This document shows, piece after piece, positions 7,890 to 15,396 of a DNA stretch of 39,951 bases (its first letter is position 1; each line of letters opens with the position of its first letter). The position numbers were made by a program, and so were the translations under genes. A model generated the notes under the pieces. The model was given only the letters and a program-made list of their open reading frames with translations. It made no database searches and was not told where the DNA came from. The stretch is taken from the IMG/VR virus record IMGVR_UViG_3300045988_166951. One strand, written 5' to 3'. This DNA comes from a virus.

Positions 7890-8102
7890 CTTTTTCATAG
7901 CAAGAATAGTTTCTGGATTTATTTGTATATAGCCAACACATGTTTTTATAAACCCATCATACTCTAAATCTTCAAGATATTCTTGTTGTGTATAAGCATC
8001 AACTAAATTTAAAAGGTTATTACCTTCATCAACAAATCTATATGTATCTTTAGACATATGAGCGATTAGATATTTAAGAAAGTCGTATTTGTTTTTTATC
8101 AC
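7875..8102 (-). CDS. Hypothetical protein (75 aa; minus-strand moron)
   Basis: The ORF is open to ATG 8120, but GGGTGGTG precedes GTG 8102. Its initiation region ATGAAGGGTGGTGATTTTGTG parallels TTGAAAGGAGTGAAATTTGTG of the 7528 gene. It has its own promoter at 8154-8182. Confidence 0.55.
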   Translation of the reverse strand: MIKNKYDFLKYLIAHMSKDTYRFVDEGNNLLNLVDAYTQQEYLEDLEYDGFIKTCVGYIQINPETILAMKKLYNI

Positions 8103-8153
8103 AAAATCACCACCCTTCATAATTTATTTCGACTTGGCGGAGCCGATACTTAA

Positions 8154-8182
8154 ATTATAAAGGTTGGAAATATATAGGACAA
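8154..8182 (-). promoter_or_regulatory. Near-consensus sigmaA-type promoter for the 7875-8102 gene (TTGTCC-17-TATAAT)
   Basis: The minus strand reads TTGTCC (8182-8177), a 17-nt spacer, then TATAAT (8159-8154). A possible plus-strand promoter TTGGCG-16-TATAAA (8134-8161) shares the same -10 region. Confidence 0.5.
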
Positions 8183-8286
8183 GTATCAGTAAATAGCGAA
8201 TCCCTCTGATACTAAGGGAATGAATAAGACAAGCTCTATTAAAATCCTTTTAGAGCTAAGGGTAAATAAAGCAAAGGAGAATAGAA

Positions 8287-8487
8287 ATGGCTAAAAGGAA
8301 ATTTGAACCTATAGAGATAGACTATAGCAAGTTAAGAAAAAGTAAAGCAAATACTAAAAATCCAGTTTATTTCGCTGTTAGTGAAGAGGAACTAAAAAAA
8401 AGAATGGCAAGACAATGGGAGCGAACTCAAAAATTAAAAGAAGAAAAGAGGTTAAGAGAAAAATGCTTACTCCAGGAGGAAGAATAG
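8287..8487 (+). CDS. Hypothetical basic protein (66 aa)
   Basis: RBS AAAGGAGA before ATG 8287. Lys/Arg/Glu-rich. Confidence 0.55.
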   Translation: MAKRKFEPIEIDYSKLRKSKANTKNPVYFAVSEEELKKRMARQWERTQKLKEEKRLREKCLLQEEE

Positions 8488-8642
8488 TATTTGGAATAAT
8501 AACATCAGCAACAAGTTTATTTTTAAGCTGTTATTTTATAGATTTATCTATAAGTGAGAAGGATCCTAAAAAAAGTTTTAAGTATCTAATTATATTTGTT
8601 GGATGCGTTTTGAGTTTTATCTTCTCAATAAACGTAATTTAA
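8463..8642 (+). CDS. Small 2-TM membrane protein (59 aa)
   Basis: Internal ATG 8463 (MLTPGGRIVFGIITSATSLFLSCYF...IIFVGCVLSFIFSI). The upstream part of the track ORF overlaps the previous CDS. Confidence 0.5.
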   Translation: MLTPGGRIVFGIITSATSLFLSCYFIDLSISEKDPKKSFKYLIIFVGCVLSFIFSINVI

Positions 8643-8653
8643 GAGGTGGAATC

Positions 8654-9205
8654 ATGATAAAAGCAGAGGAGCATTTGAAGTTAGCTTACAAGGTAGCAAA
8701 TGAAGTTCATAAAAAAGGTGATGAAAGAGCTTTAGATGAATTGATTTCAATTGCAATGCTAGGACTTGTTAGAGCTTCAAATAATTTTGATGAAAAGAAA
8801 GGTTTTAAGTTTTCAACTTATGCAATAAATACAATGAGAGGATTTATTAGAACAGAGTATTTTCATGATAAAAATAGATTTATCAGAAAAAGAAATGATA
8901 ATAAAGAAGTCTATGAGAAAGTAAATATTTCTTCTCTTAATAACACTTTACCTTTGGAAGGGAAAAAGATTGAGGTTATAGAAAATTGTGTTTCTAATTT
9001 TGAAATTGATAATGAGATAGAAAAGCTAGACTTAAAGATTGCTATAAACAAGCTTAAAAATAAAGAAAAACAAATAATTCAGTTACTTTTCTTTGAAGGG
9101 AAAACGCAAAATGAAGTAGCTAAATTATTAGGAACTAATCAAGTTCAAATTTCTAGAATCAAGAGAAGGGCAATAAGCTCTTTAAGAGAAAGCCTTATAG
9201 CTTAG
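8654..9205 (+). CDS. Phage-encoded sigma-70-family sigma factor (regions 2 and 4)
   Basis: RBS AGAGGTGGA before ATG 8654. Region 2 LISIAMLGLVRASNNFDEKKGFKFSTYAINTMRGFI. Region 4 HTH EKQIIQLLFFEGKTQNEVAKLLGTNQVQISRIKRRAISSLRE. Confidence 0.8.
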   Translation: MIKAEEHLKLAYKVANEVHKKGDERALDELISIAMLGLVRASNNFDEKKGFKFSTYAINTMRGFIRTEYFHDKNRFIRKRNDNKEVYEKVNISSLNNTLPLEGKKIEVIENCVSNFEIDNEIEKLDLKIAINKLKNKEKQIIQLLFFEGKTQNEVAKLLGTNQVQISRIKRRAISSLRESLIA

Positions 9206-9206
9206 C

Positions 9207-9389
9207 ATGAATTACAAATATATAGAATCTTTAAAAGCTAGATGCAGCAAAGAGGAATTTGAAAATATTTTATTATCTGTAGAGCAGGACCTAAAATTTA
9301 ATAATCTTAGATTTAAGAAGCCTATTCCAGAAAAGTATTTTTTAGAAGTACTTAACATAACAGAAAAATTATATAGGAGGATTATATGA
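9207..9389 (+). CDS. Hypothetical protein (60 aa)
   Basis: ORF tightly packed in the operon. Its stop overlaps the next ATG (ATATGA). Confidence 0.5.
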   Translation: MNYKYIESLKARCSKEEFENILLSVEQDLKFNNLRFKKPIPEKYFLEVLNITEKLYRRII

Positions 9390-9481
9390 AAAAGTTAAAT
9401 ACAGGATGTTTAGGAGTTACATTATTAGCATTAATCATTTGGACATTTTTCTTCTGTCTATCATGGAAGATGTGGTGTTAA
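9386..9481 (+). CDS. 31-aa hydrophobic peptide (below ORF-track cutoff)
   Basis: AGGAGG 5 nt before ATG 9386. MKKLNTGCLGVTLLALIIWTFFFCLSWKMWC. Confidence 0.45.
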   Translation: MKKLNTGCLGVTLLALIIWTFFFCLSWKMWC

Positions 9482-9483
9482 TC

Positions 9484-9660
9484 ATGGATTTAATAAGAGC
9501 AGCTAAGATGATAGCAGATAGAGTGCAAGAAAGAATTAGTAACTTAACAGTAGACAAACCTCTAAACGTTTTAATAGAGGAAGAAATAAAAAGAGAGTGC
9601 ATTGGTACCGACCAAAGTAACCAATGTACTCATAAAAAAGAAAATTCAAGAGAATTATAA
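9484..9660 (+). CDS. Hypothetical protein (58 aa)
   Basis: ATG 9484 lies 2 nt after the preceding stop. The track start at 9406 lacks an RBS and overlaps the peptide ORF. ATG 9463 is an alternative start. Confidence 0.45.
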   Translation: MDLIRAAKMIADRVQERISNLTVDKPLNVLIEEEIKRECIGTDQSNQCTHKKENSREL

Positions 9661-9683
9661 CATATTTTAAGGAGGATTTAAAA

Positions 9684-9953
9684 ATGAATATAAGTGGATG
9701 GGCTTTTACAGCAAATGAAGAAGCTTTAAGAGATGAAAGATATAACAGATTTAAGGAATTAAGCAAAGAGGAGAATATAAAGATTGATTCTGTTATGCCT
9801 AGTTATGGGAGAACAACATACAAGGGAACTATATTGAATGAGAGTTTAAGTGAATTAGATATATTACTTTTATGTGATGATGGTAATACTTGTTTTGGTG
9901 GCTATGTAACTAAGAACGGAAATAATTTTGTAGCAGCAGTTTACACAGACTAG
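9684..9953 (+). CDS. Hypothetical protein (89 aa)
   Basis: RBS AAGGAGGA. Compact operon position. Confidence 0.6.
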   Translation: MNISGWAFTANEEALRDERYNRFKELSKEENIKIDSVMPSYGRTTYKGTILNESLSELDILLLCDDGNTCFGGYVTKNGNNFVAAVYTD

Positions 9954-9966
9954 GAGGGAGTTAAGT

Positions 9967-10464
9967 ATGAAGCTATATGAATTAACACAGAATTATAGAA
10001 ACTTAGAAAGTTTATTAGATAACTTAGGAGAGCAAGAAGGATTAACAGTTGAAATGATCCATGGAGCATTAGGACAAGTTGAGGATGATATAAACACTAA
10101 GATAGAGAATACTTGCAAGGTTATAAAAGAAATAGAAGCTGATTCTATAGGAATAGATGAAGAAATAAAAAGATTATCAGCTTTAAAGAAGCAAAAAGAA
10201 AATACAGTAAAAAAACTAAAAGAGTATGTTGAGTTTGAAATGAATGGAATAGGTCTAACTAAGGTTGAAGGAAAGCTATTCAAAATATCATTTAGAAAAT
10301 CTAAGGTAGTTAAGGTACTAGATGAAACTAAGATACCTAAAGAGTTTATAAAGATTAAAACAACTGAAACTATATCTAAAACTGATTTAGGTAAGGCACT
10401 TAAGAATGGAGAAATAATTGAAGGTGCAGAATTAGTTGAAAATAAATCATTACAAATAAAGTAG
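9967..10464 (+). CDS. Siphovirus Gp157-family protein
   Basis: N-terminus MKLYELTQNYRNLESLL and coiled-coil content, positioned just upstream of the annealase as is typical for Gp157. RBS GGAGGGAG. Confidence 0.55.
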   Translation: MKLYELTQNYRNLESLLDNLGEQEGLTVEMIHGALGQVEDDINTKIENTCKVIKEIEADSIGIDEEIKRLSALKKQKENTVKKLKEYVEFEMNGIGLTKVEGKLFKISFRKSKVVKVLDETKIPKEFIKIKTTETISKTDLGKALKNGEIIEGAELVENKSLQIK

Positions 10465-10473
10465 GTGGATTTT

Positions 10474-11046
10474 ATGAACTTATGGCAAAAGCTTATAGAA
10501 GTTAGAAAAGAGATAGATAACTTTGTAAAAGATACTAAAGGATTTGGTTACCAATATGTTTCTGGTAGCCAAGTCTTAAGTAAAATAAGACCTAAGATGG
10601 ATGAATTAAGAGTTTTATTAAAAATAGAAACAGAGGATATTTTATGGACAACATTTGATTATAAGAATTCAAAAGGTGAGGATAAAACAGATTTTGTTAT
10701 AGCTGGTAAGGTTAAATATACTTGGATTAATGCAGATGAACCAACAGAAAGAGAAGAGTGCAGCTTTGATATATTTGGCCAACAGGATGATATAAGTAAG
10801 GCTTATGGAAGTGGACTAACTTATTCAGAAAGATATTTTATACTTAAGAGTTTACAAGCTCCAACAGATAATGATGATCCAGATAGTAAAGATACTAGAG
10901 GTAAAACTAGCAACAGTCAAAATCAAAACTCTAACAAAGTTTATAAGTGTACGAGCTGTGGTAAAGATGTGCCTTATAATGTTGCAAATTTCTCACATAA
11001 AAAGTATCAGAAAGTATTATGTATGGATTGCCAAAAGAAAGCTTAG
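10474..11046 (+). CDS. ERF-family single-strand annealing protein with C-terminal zinc ribbon
   Basis: GFGYQYVSGSQVLSKIRPKMDELRVLL...AYGSGLTYSERYFILKSL pattern. CTSCGK...CMDCQKK. ATG 10474 follows GGTGG (GTG 10465 is an alternative). Confidence 0.6.
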   Translation: MNLWQKLIEVRKEIDNFVKDTKGFGYQYVSGSQVLSKIRPKMDELRVLLKIETEDILWTTFDYKNSKGEDKTDFVIAGKVKYTWINADEPTEREECSFDIFGQQDDISKAYGSGLTYSERYFILKSLQAPTDNDDPDSKDTRGKTSNSQNQNSNKVYKCTSCGKDVPYNVANFSHKKYQKVLCMDCQKKA

Positions 11047-11058
11047 GAGGAATTTAAA

Positions 11059-11247
11059 ATGATGTTAAATGGATTAGAACTTGAAATACGAAAGTATGGT
11101 AAAGAACAAAATTTTTCTATAGATATAAAAGATACAAATAACGTAATTATATTCATTGAAGAGGATACTAAACTTAATTTAGATGAAGCTTCTTTCAATG
11201 AATTGAGAAATAAACTTAATGAAGCTTATAAGTTAAGACAGATGTAA
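11059..11247 (+). CDS. Hypothetical protein (62 aa)
   Basis: RBS AGGAGGAA before ATG 11059. Confidence 0.55.
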   Translation: MMLNGLELEIRKYGKEQNFSIDIKDTNNVIIFIEEDTKLNLDEASFNELRNKLNEAYKLRQM

Positions 11248-11260
11248 GGAGTGAAAAGGT

Positions 11261-12046
11261 TTGGCACAAAGAAGAATGTTTTCTATAAAAGTAATTGATT
11301 CAGCTAAGTTTTTAAAAATGCCTTCATCTTCAAGACTTCTTTATTATGATTTAGGAATGAGGGCAGATGATGATGGAATAGTTGAAGCTTTTAATGTATT
11401 AAGAATGACAGGAGCTACTGAGGATGACTTAAGAATATTAGTTTCTAAGGGGTATATAAGAGTTTTAAATGAAGATTTAGTAACTTATATTATTGATTGG
11501 AAAGAACATAACAAAATAAGAGCAGATAGAAAAATTGATTCTATGTATAAAGATCTATTGCTTCAAATTATGCCAGAAGTTAATTTATTAGAATCTAAAG
11601 AAAGAGCAGATAGAAAAAAGAAATCATGGGACGACAATGGGACGTCCCATGGACAACCAATGGACGGCATAGGACAGGACAGGTTAGGACAGGATAGTAC
11701 AGGACAGGTTAGTACAGGACAGGTTAGAACAACAACAGGAGAGGAAAATGTTGTTGTTGATAAAAGAGAAGAGCTTAAAGAAGTATTAAAAAGTTTTTCA
11801 TCTGATGAAATTAAATCTCTTACAGAGTTTTGTTCTAACAATAAGGTTTTTGTTAATGTTGTTGTTGAGAAACTCAAAATTATTAATCAAATGAAGAAAA
11901 TTAATAATAGAGTAGGAGCTCTTATAGCAGCTATAAAAAAAGATTGGCAACCTAATAAAGGACAAGTTAATAAAAATTGTAACTTTACTCAAAGGGATTA
12001 TGACTATGATTCTTTAGAAAAGCAATTATTAGGATGGGAAGAATAA
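11261..12046 (+). CDS. Phage replisome organizer (DnaD-like N-terminal domain)
   Basis: TTG start after AGGAG. N-terminus AQRRMFSIKVIDSAKFLKMPSSSRLLYYDLGMRADDDGIVEAF is the replisome-organizer signature. The central GIGQDRLGQDSTGQVSTGQV is encoded by DNA iterons. Confidence 0.65.
   Translation: MAQRRMFSIKVIDSAKFLKMPSSSRLLYYDLGMRADDDGIVEAFNVLRMTGATEDDLRILVSKGYIRVLNEDLVTYIIDWKEHNKIRADRKIDSMYKDLLLQIMPEVNLLESKERADRKKKSWDDNGTSHGQPMDGIGQDRLGQDSTGQVSTGQVRTTTGEENVVVDKREELKEVLKSFSSDEIKSLTEFCSNNKVFVNVVVEKLKIINQMKKINNRVGALIAAIKKDWQPNKGQVNKNCNFTQRDYDYDSLEKQLLGWEE
11626..11727. repeat. Phased iterons inside the replisome-organizer gene (putative phage ori)
   Basis: 4x ATGG(G)ACR at 11626, 11637, 11649, 11660 (11-12 bp spacing, includes palindrome GGGACGTCCC). 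Then 4x GGACAGGWTAG at 11677, 11688, 11702, 11717. Locally GC-rich. Confidence 0.6.
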
Positions 12047-12068
12047 AAATTTAGAAGGTGTGATTAAA

Positions 12069-12242
12069 ATGAGAGTTAATTTACTAGAAGTTTATTCAGT
12101 ACATGAACTAGCATTAAAGCCCTATAGAGATTTAGCTAAAAGAAAAATAGAAAGAAATAGAGAAGTAGCTGCTTATTTAAAAGTTAGAGAAATAAGTGGA
12201 AGAAAGAAATGGAATGTTAGATTTGGAGGATATAGGTGGTAA
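12069..12242 (+). CDS. Hypothetical basic protein (57 aa)
   Basis: GAAGGTG RBS before ATG 12069. Its stop overlaps the next ATG (TAATG). Confidence 0.45.
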   Translation: MRVNLLEVYSVHELALKPYRDLAKRKIERNREVAAYLKVREISGRKKWNVRFGGYRW

Positions 12243-12727
12243 TGAAAAACGAAGGTAAAAAGTTTGAGGAAGATTTTAAAAAGTCTATTCCAGAGAAATA
12301 CTTTGTTTATAGATTTAAAGATGGTACAGCTAACTTTAATGGAACTAAGAATGAAAATGTAAGATTTCAAGCTCATAATATTTGTGATTTTGAAGTGTTT
12401 GCAGAGGATAAGTTATTTCTATTTGAACTTAAGAGTTATAAGGGAGCAAGTATTCCTTTAAGTGGTATTAGAAAGAATCAAATTGAAGGAATGATTAAAG
12501 CTAGTAAGTACGAAAATGTGGAACCATATTTCTTGCTAAATTTTAGACCGTTAGAGAGTGTTTATGCAATAGAGGTACAAAAACTTAATGAGTTTATTAA
12601 AAAGGCAGAGAGAAAGAGTATACCAGTTAAATGGTGTATAGAAAATGGAATGGAGATTAAAGGAACTAAAAAGAAAGTTAGATTTGTTTATGATTTGGAA
12701 GAGTTTTTTAGAATAAATGAGGTGTAA
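12242..12727 (+). CDS. RecU-like Holliday junction resolvase (PD-(D/E)xK)
   Basis: GKKFEEDF...CDFEVFAEDKLFLFELKSYKG.SIPLSGIRKNQIEGM fits the RecU D...E.K core and layout. Confidence 0.55.
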   Translation: MKNEGKKFEEDFKKSIPEKYFVYRFKDGTANFNGTKNENVRFQAHNICDFEVFAEDKLFLFELKSYKGASIPLSGIRKNQIEGMIKASKYENVEPYFLLNFRPLESVYAIEVQKLNEFIKKAERKSIPVKWCIENGMEIKGTKKKVRFVYDLEEFFRINEV

Positions 12728-12731
12728 GAGC

Positions 12732-12908
12732 ATGGATGAAAGAAAAAATGAAATAGGTTTTGTACTTAGTATGATTCAAAACCTTTGTGAAGAAGCTCAA
12801 ATTGCTTTAGTAGCTAAGGAGCTTAATGGAACTTTAGGAGTTGTAATTGTAGATGCTAGAGATGGAAAAGAATATGTAATGGCAAAAGGTATAAAGAAGG
12901 GGGTTTAA
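12732..12908 (+). CDS. Hypothetical protein (58 aa)
   Basis: GAGGTG RBS before ATG 12732. Confidence 0.5.
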   Translation: MDERKNEIGFVLSMIQNLCEEAQIALVAKELNGTLGVVIVDARDGKEYVMAKGIKKGV

Positions 12909-12909
12909 G

Positions 12910-13620
12910 ATGAAAGCAATTTTATTTAATACAGCAATGGTAAGAGCCATCCTTGATGGTGAAAAGACTTGTACTAGGAGAATTATTAAAAGAACTCCAA
13001 GTAATGATACTCCTAGTGGATTTGGATTTTGGAGAGAGTTTAATGAAACTGATAAGAAATGGTATATAAAAGATTATACTCATGGTTGTGTATGGTGGGA
13101 AGAAAATGAGTATATAAGAAAATTTTCTAAGTTTCATGTTGGGAATATTCTTTATGTAAGAGAAACATTTGCAAAAATGGATAGTTATATAGATGAAAAT
13201 GGTAATGAGGTGGAAGGAGAAACTGTATTCTATAGAGCTAATGAATTGGATGAACAAACTTTAATGACATTTGATTATGTAGATGGAGATGGTTTTAGTT
13301 TAGGCAGACCGTATCCATGGACACCAAGTATTCATATGCCAAAGAGACTGGCTAGATTATTTTTAAAAGTAACAAGTATAAAAGTTGAAAGATTAAAAGA
13401 TATTACAGATGAAGGATGCTATCAAGAAGGAATAAGTAGTACAAGCTTTTATGATGAAGCAGAGCATATACAAATAGCAGGAATAGGATTAAATGATTCG
13501 TTAGAGAGAGCAGCATTTAGTCTTTTATGGAATAGCACAGTAAAGGAAGAAAAATACTCTTGGGAAGGCAATCCGTGGGTATGGGTTATCGAATTTGAGA
13601 GAGTAGAGAAAGGTGAGTAA
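12910..13620 (+). CDS. ASCH/PUA-like domain protein (tentative)
   Basis: N-terminus ILFNTAMVRAILDGEKTCTRR and later HMPKRLARLFLKVTSIKVERLKDITDE...NPWVWVIEFE resemble phage ASCH-like proteins. Call is from memory only. Confidence 0.35.
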   Translation: MKAILFNTAMVRAILDGEKTCTRRIIKRTPSNDTPSGFGFWREFNETDKKWYIKDYTHGCVWWEENEYIRKFSKFHVGNILYVRETFAKMDSYIDENGNEVEGETVFYRANELDEQTLMTFDYVDGDGFSLGRPYPWTPSIHMPKRLARLFLKVTSIKVERLKDITDEGCYQEGISSTSFYDEAEHIQIAGIGLNDSLERAAFSLLWNSTVKEEKYSWEGNPWVWVIEFERVEKGE

Positions 13621-13622
13621 TT

Positions 13623-13856
13623 ATGAAAATAGTACTTGTTAAAGAGAATAACATAATAAGAATACTTGAAGGTACTGGAACTGTTAAAAGTAATGTTTTA
13701 GGAATGAGAAGCAGATTGACCAGTGGAGAAGTTAAATATTATGAACTAGATTATGATACAAGCTTAGGAATACCAATTGATGCATATATAGAAACATTAA
13801 ACGAGTGGCCTGTTCTATTATATGAATCTAGTTTAATTAAAGAAATATCTTTTTAG
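13623..13856 (+). CDS. Hypothetical protein (77 aa)
   Basis: Tightly packed ORF, start 2 nt after the previous stop. Confidence 0.55.
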   Translation: MKIVLVKENNIIRILEGTGTVKSNVLGMRSRLTSGEVKYYELDYDTSLGIPIDAYIETLNEWPVLLYESSLIKEISF

Positions 13857-13866
13857 GAGAGTAATT

Positions 13867-14289
13867 ATGAGTGAATATAAATACACATTAATAGTAAGTC
13901 AACTTTATCATTCTTATCATGTTTTTATAGTTAAGTTTGATAAAGATAAATATTTTGAACAAATGAGAAATTTAACTAAAAAGTTATGTGAGTATAAAAG
14001 AGGCGAAGATGAATATTACAAAGAAAAATCTTTAGAATGTGGTGATCCGTTTTATTTTGAACAAGAAGAAGAACCACGTTTTAGATATAACGTAAATGAT
14101 GCTGGCGATATATACTTTTTAAATTTTATTAATATAAGTGACGGATTAGAAGCGGTAAAAAAATATTGGGATACATCAAGAACAGCAAACCAAGGATATA
14201 AGAGAAAAGCAATATTAGAAGAATTATCTAAGTGCCATGATAAAAATAAAATTATTGAAATAATAGAAAGTATTTATGAGATTGCTTAG
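13867..14289 (+). CDS. Hypothetical protein (140 aa)
   Basis: RBS AGGAGAG. No recognisable motif. Confidence 0.6.
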   Translation: MSEYKYTLIVSQLYHSYHVFIVKFDKDKYFEQMRNLTKKLCEYKRGEDEYYKEKSLECGDPFYFEQEEEPRFRYNVNDAGDIYFLNFINISDGLEAVKKYWDTSRTANQGYKRKAILEELSKCHDKNKIIEIIESIYEIA

Positions 14290-14300
14290 GAGGCATAATA

Positions 14301-14495
14301 ATGGCTAGGAATAAAAGGTGGAAACGTAGAGCTAAGAGATTTTTAGGGATTGGAATAAGAGAAAATCATATAAATAGAGTAACTCAGTGTACCTGGTGCA
14401 GAAAGTGTCCTAAATGTATATGGTGTACGGGCTTTAAACTAGCAGGTATAAGACAGCTAGAGAAAGAGTTTAAGAATTGTGTTACAGAAAAGTAA
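14301..14495 (+). CDS. Arg-rich, Cys-cluster small protein (64 aa)
   Basis: RBS AGGAGG. MARNKRWKRRAKR N-terminus, then CTWCRKCPKCIWC cluster. Confidence 0.55.
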   Translation: MARNKRWKRRAKRFLGIGIRENHINRVTQCTWCRKCPKCIWCTGFKLAGIRQLEKEFKNCVTEK

Positions 14496-14497
14496 TT

Positions 14498-14683
14498 ATG
14501 AATAATCAAATAAGTTTCTTTGATAAACAAAAAATAAAGTTACTGGAGGATTGGACAAGGCTCCATCCTCTATTAACTAAAAATAGCGTTCATGAGGTTT
14601 TTATGGAGAAAGAGGATAGTTATATTGTCTTAATAGATAAAACGTTCTATGGCGTTTATAAGAAAGATACGGAGAGGTGTTAA
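14498..14683 (+). CDS. Hypothetical protein (61 aa)
   Basis: ATG 14498 lies 2 nt after the previous stop. The track start at 14477 overlaps upstream. Confidence 0.5.
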   Translation: MNNQISFFDKQKIKLLEDWTRLHPLLTKNSVHEVFMEKEDSYIVLIDKTFYGVYKKDTERC

Positions 14684-14685
14684 AT

Positions 14686-15381
14686 ATGCTTGAGTTAAAC
14701 AAACTTTACAATATAGATTGTATGGAAGGCATGAAGTTAATTCCAGATAAATATTTTGATTTAGCTATAGTAGATCCACCATATTTTACTGGCCCAAATA
14801 AAAGAAAGTTTTATGGAAGAAATATAAATAAGCTAAAAATTAGAAGAAAAAATTATGAGCCAATAGAATCGTGGGATATTCCAAGTAAAGAATATTTTGA
14901 AGAGCTAAAAAGAGTTTCTAAAAATCAGATTGTTTGGGGAATTAATTATTTTGATTATTATTTAGGACCAGGATTGATAATTTGGGATAAGGTTAATGGA
15001 GAAAGTACATTTAGTGATTGTGAAGTGGCTTACTGCAGTATGCATAATAAAACTAAAATGTTTAGGTATATGTGGAACGGAATGATGCAAGGAAAGTCAA
15101 TAAGTGAAGGACATATAATGCAGGGAGATAAATCTAGAAATGAGGTAAGAATACATCCTACTCAAAAGCCTGTAAATCTATATAAGTGGATATTACTTAA
15201 TTATGCTAAACAAGGAGATAAAATTTTAGATACTCATGTTGGAAGTGCATCGAGTTTAGTTGCTTGTTATGAAATGGGGTATGAGTTCTTAGGATTTGAA
15301 AAAGATAAGAATATGTTCCATCTGGCCAATAAGAGATTAATTGATGTTATGAATCAAATTAATTTTTTTGATGCTATGTAG
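14686..15381 (+). CDS. Orphan DNA methyltransferase, N6_N4_Mtase family (beta class)
   Basis: Motif IV DLAIVDPPYF precedes HPTQKPVNLYKWILLNYAKQGDKILDTHVGSASSLVACYEMGYEFLGFEKD (AdoMet-binding region). No adjacent restriction endonuclease. Confidence 0.8.
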   Translation: MLELNKLYNIDCMEGMKLIPDKYFDLAIVDPPYFTGPNKRKFYGRNINKLKIRRKNYEPIESWDIPSKEYFEELKRVSKNQIVWGINYFDYYLGPGLIIWDKVNGESTFSDCEVAYCSMHNKTKMFRYMWNGMMQGKSISEGHIMQGDKSRNEVRIHPTQKPVNLYKWILLNYAKQGDKILDTHVGSASSLVACYEMGYEFLGFEKDKNMFHLANKRLIDVMNQINFFDAM

Positions 15382-15396
15382 ATAGAAGGTGTTAAA

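Noticed and set aside
11626-11727. Tandem repeats as a CRISPR array or minisatellite
   Set aside because: The units are 7-15 bp with no spacers of CRISPR size. They lie in-frame inside the replisome-organizer gene. Iterons of an origin are the established explanation.
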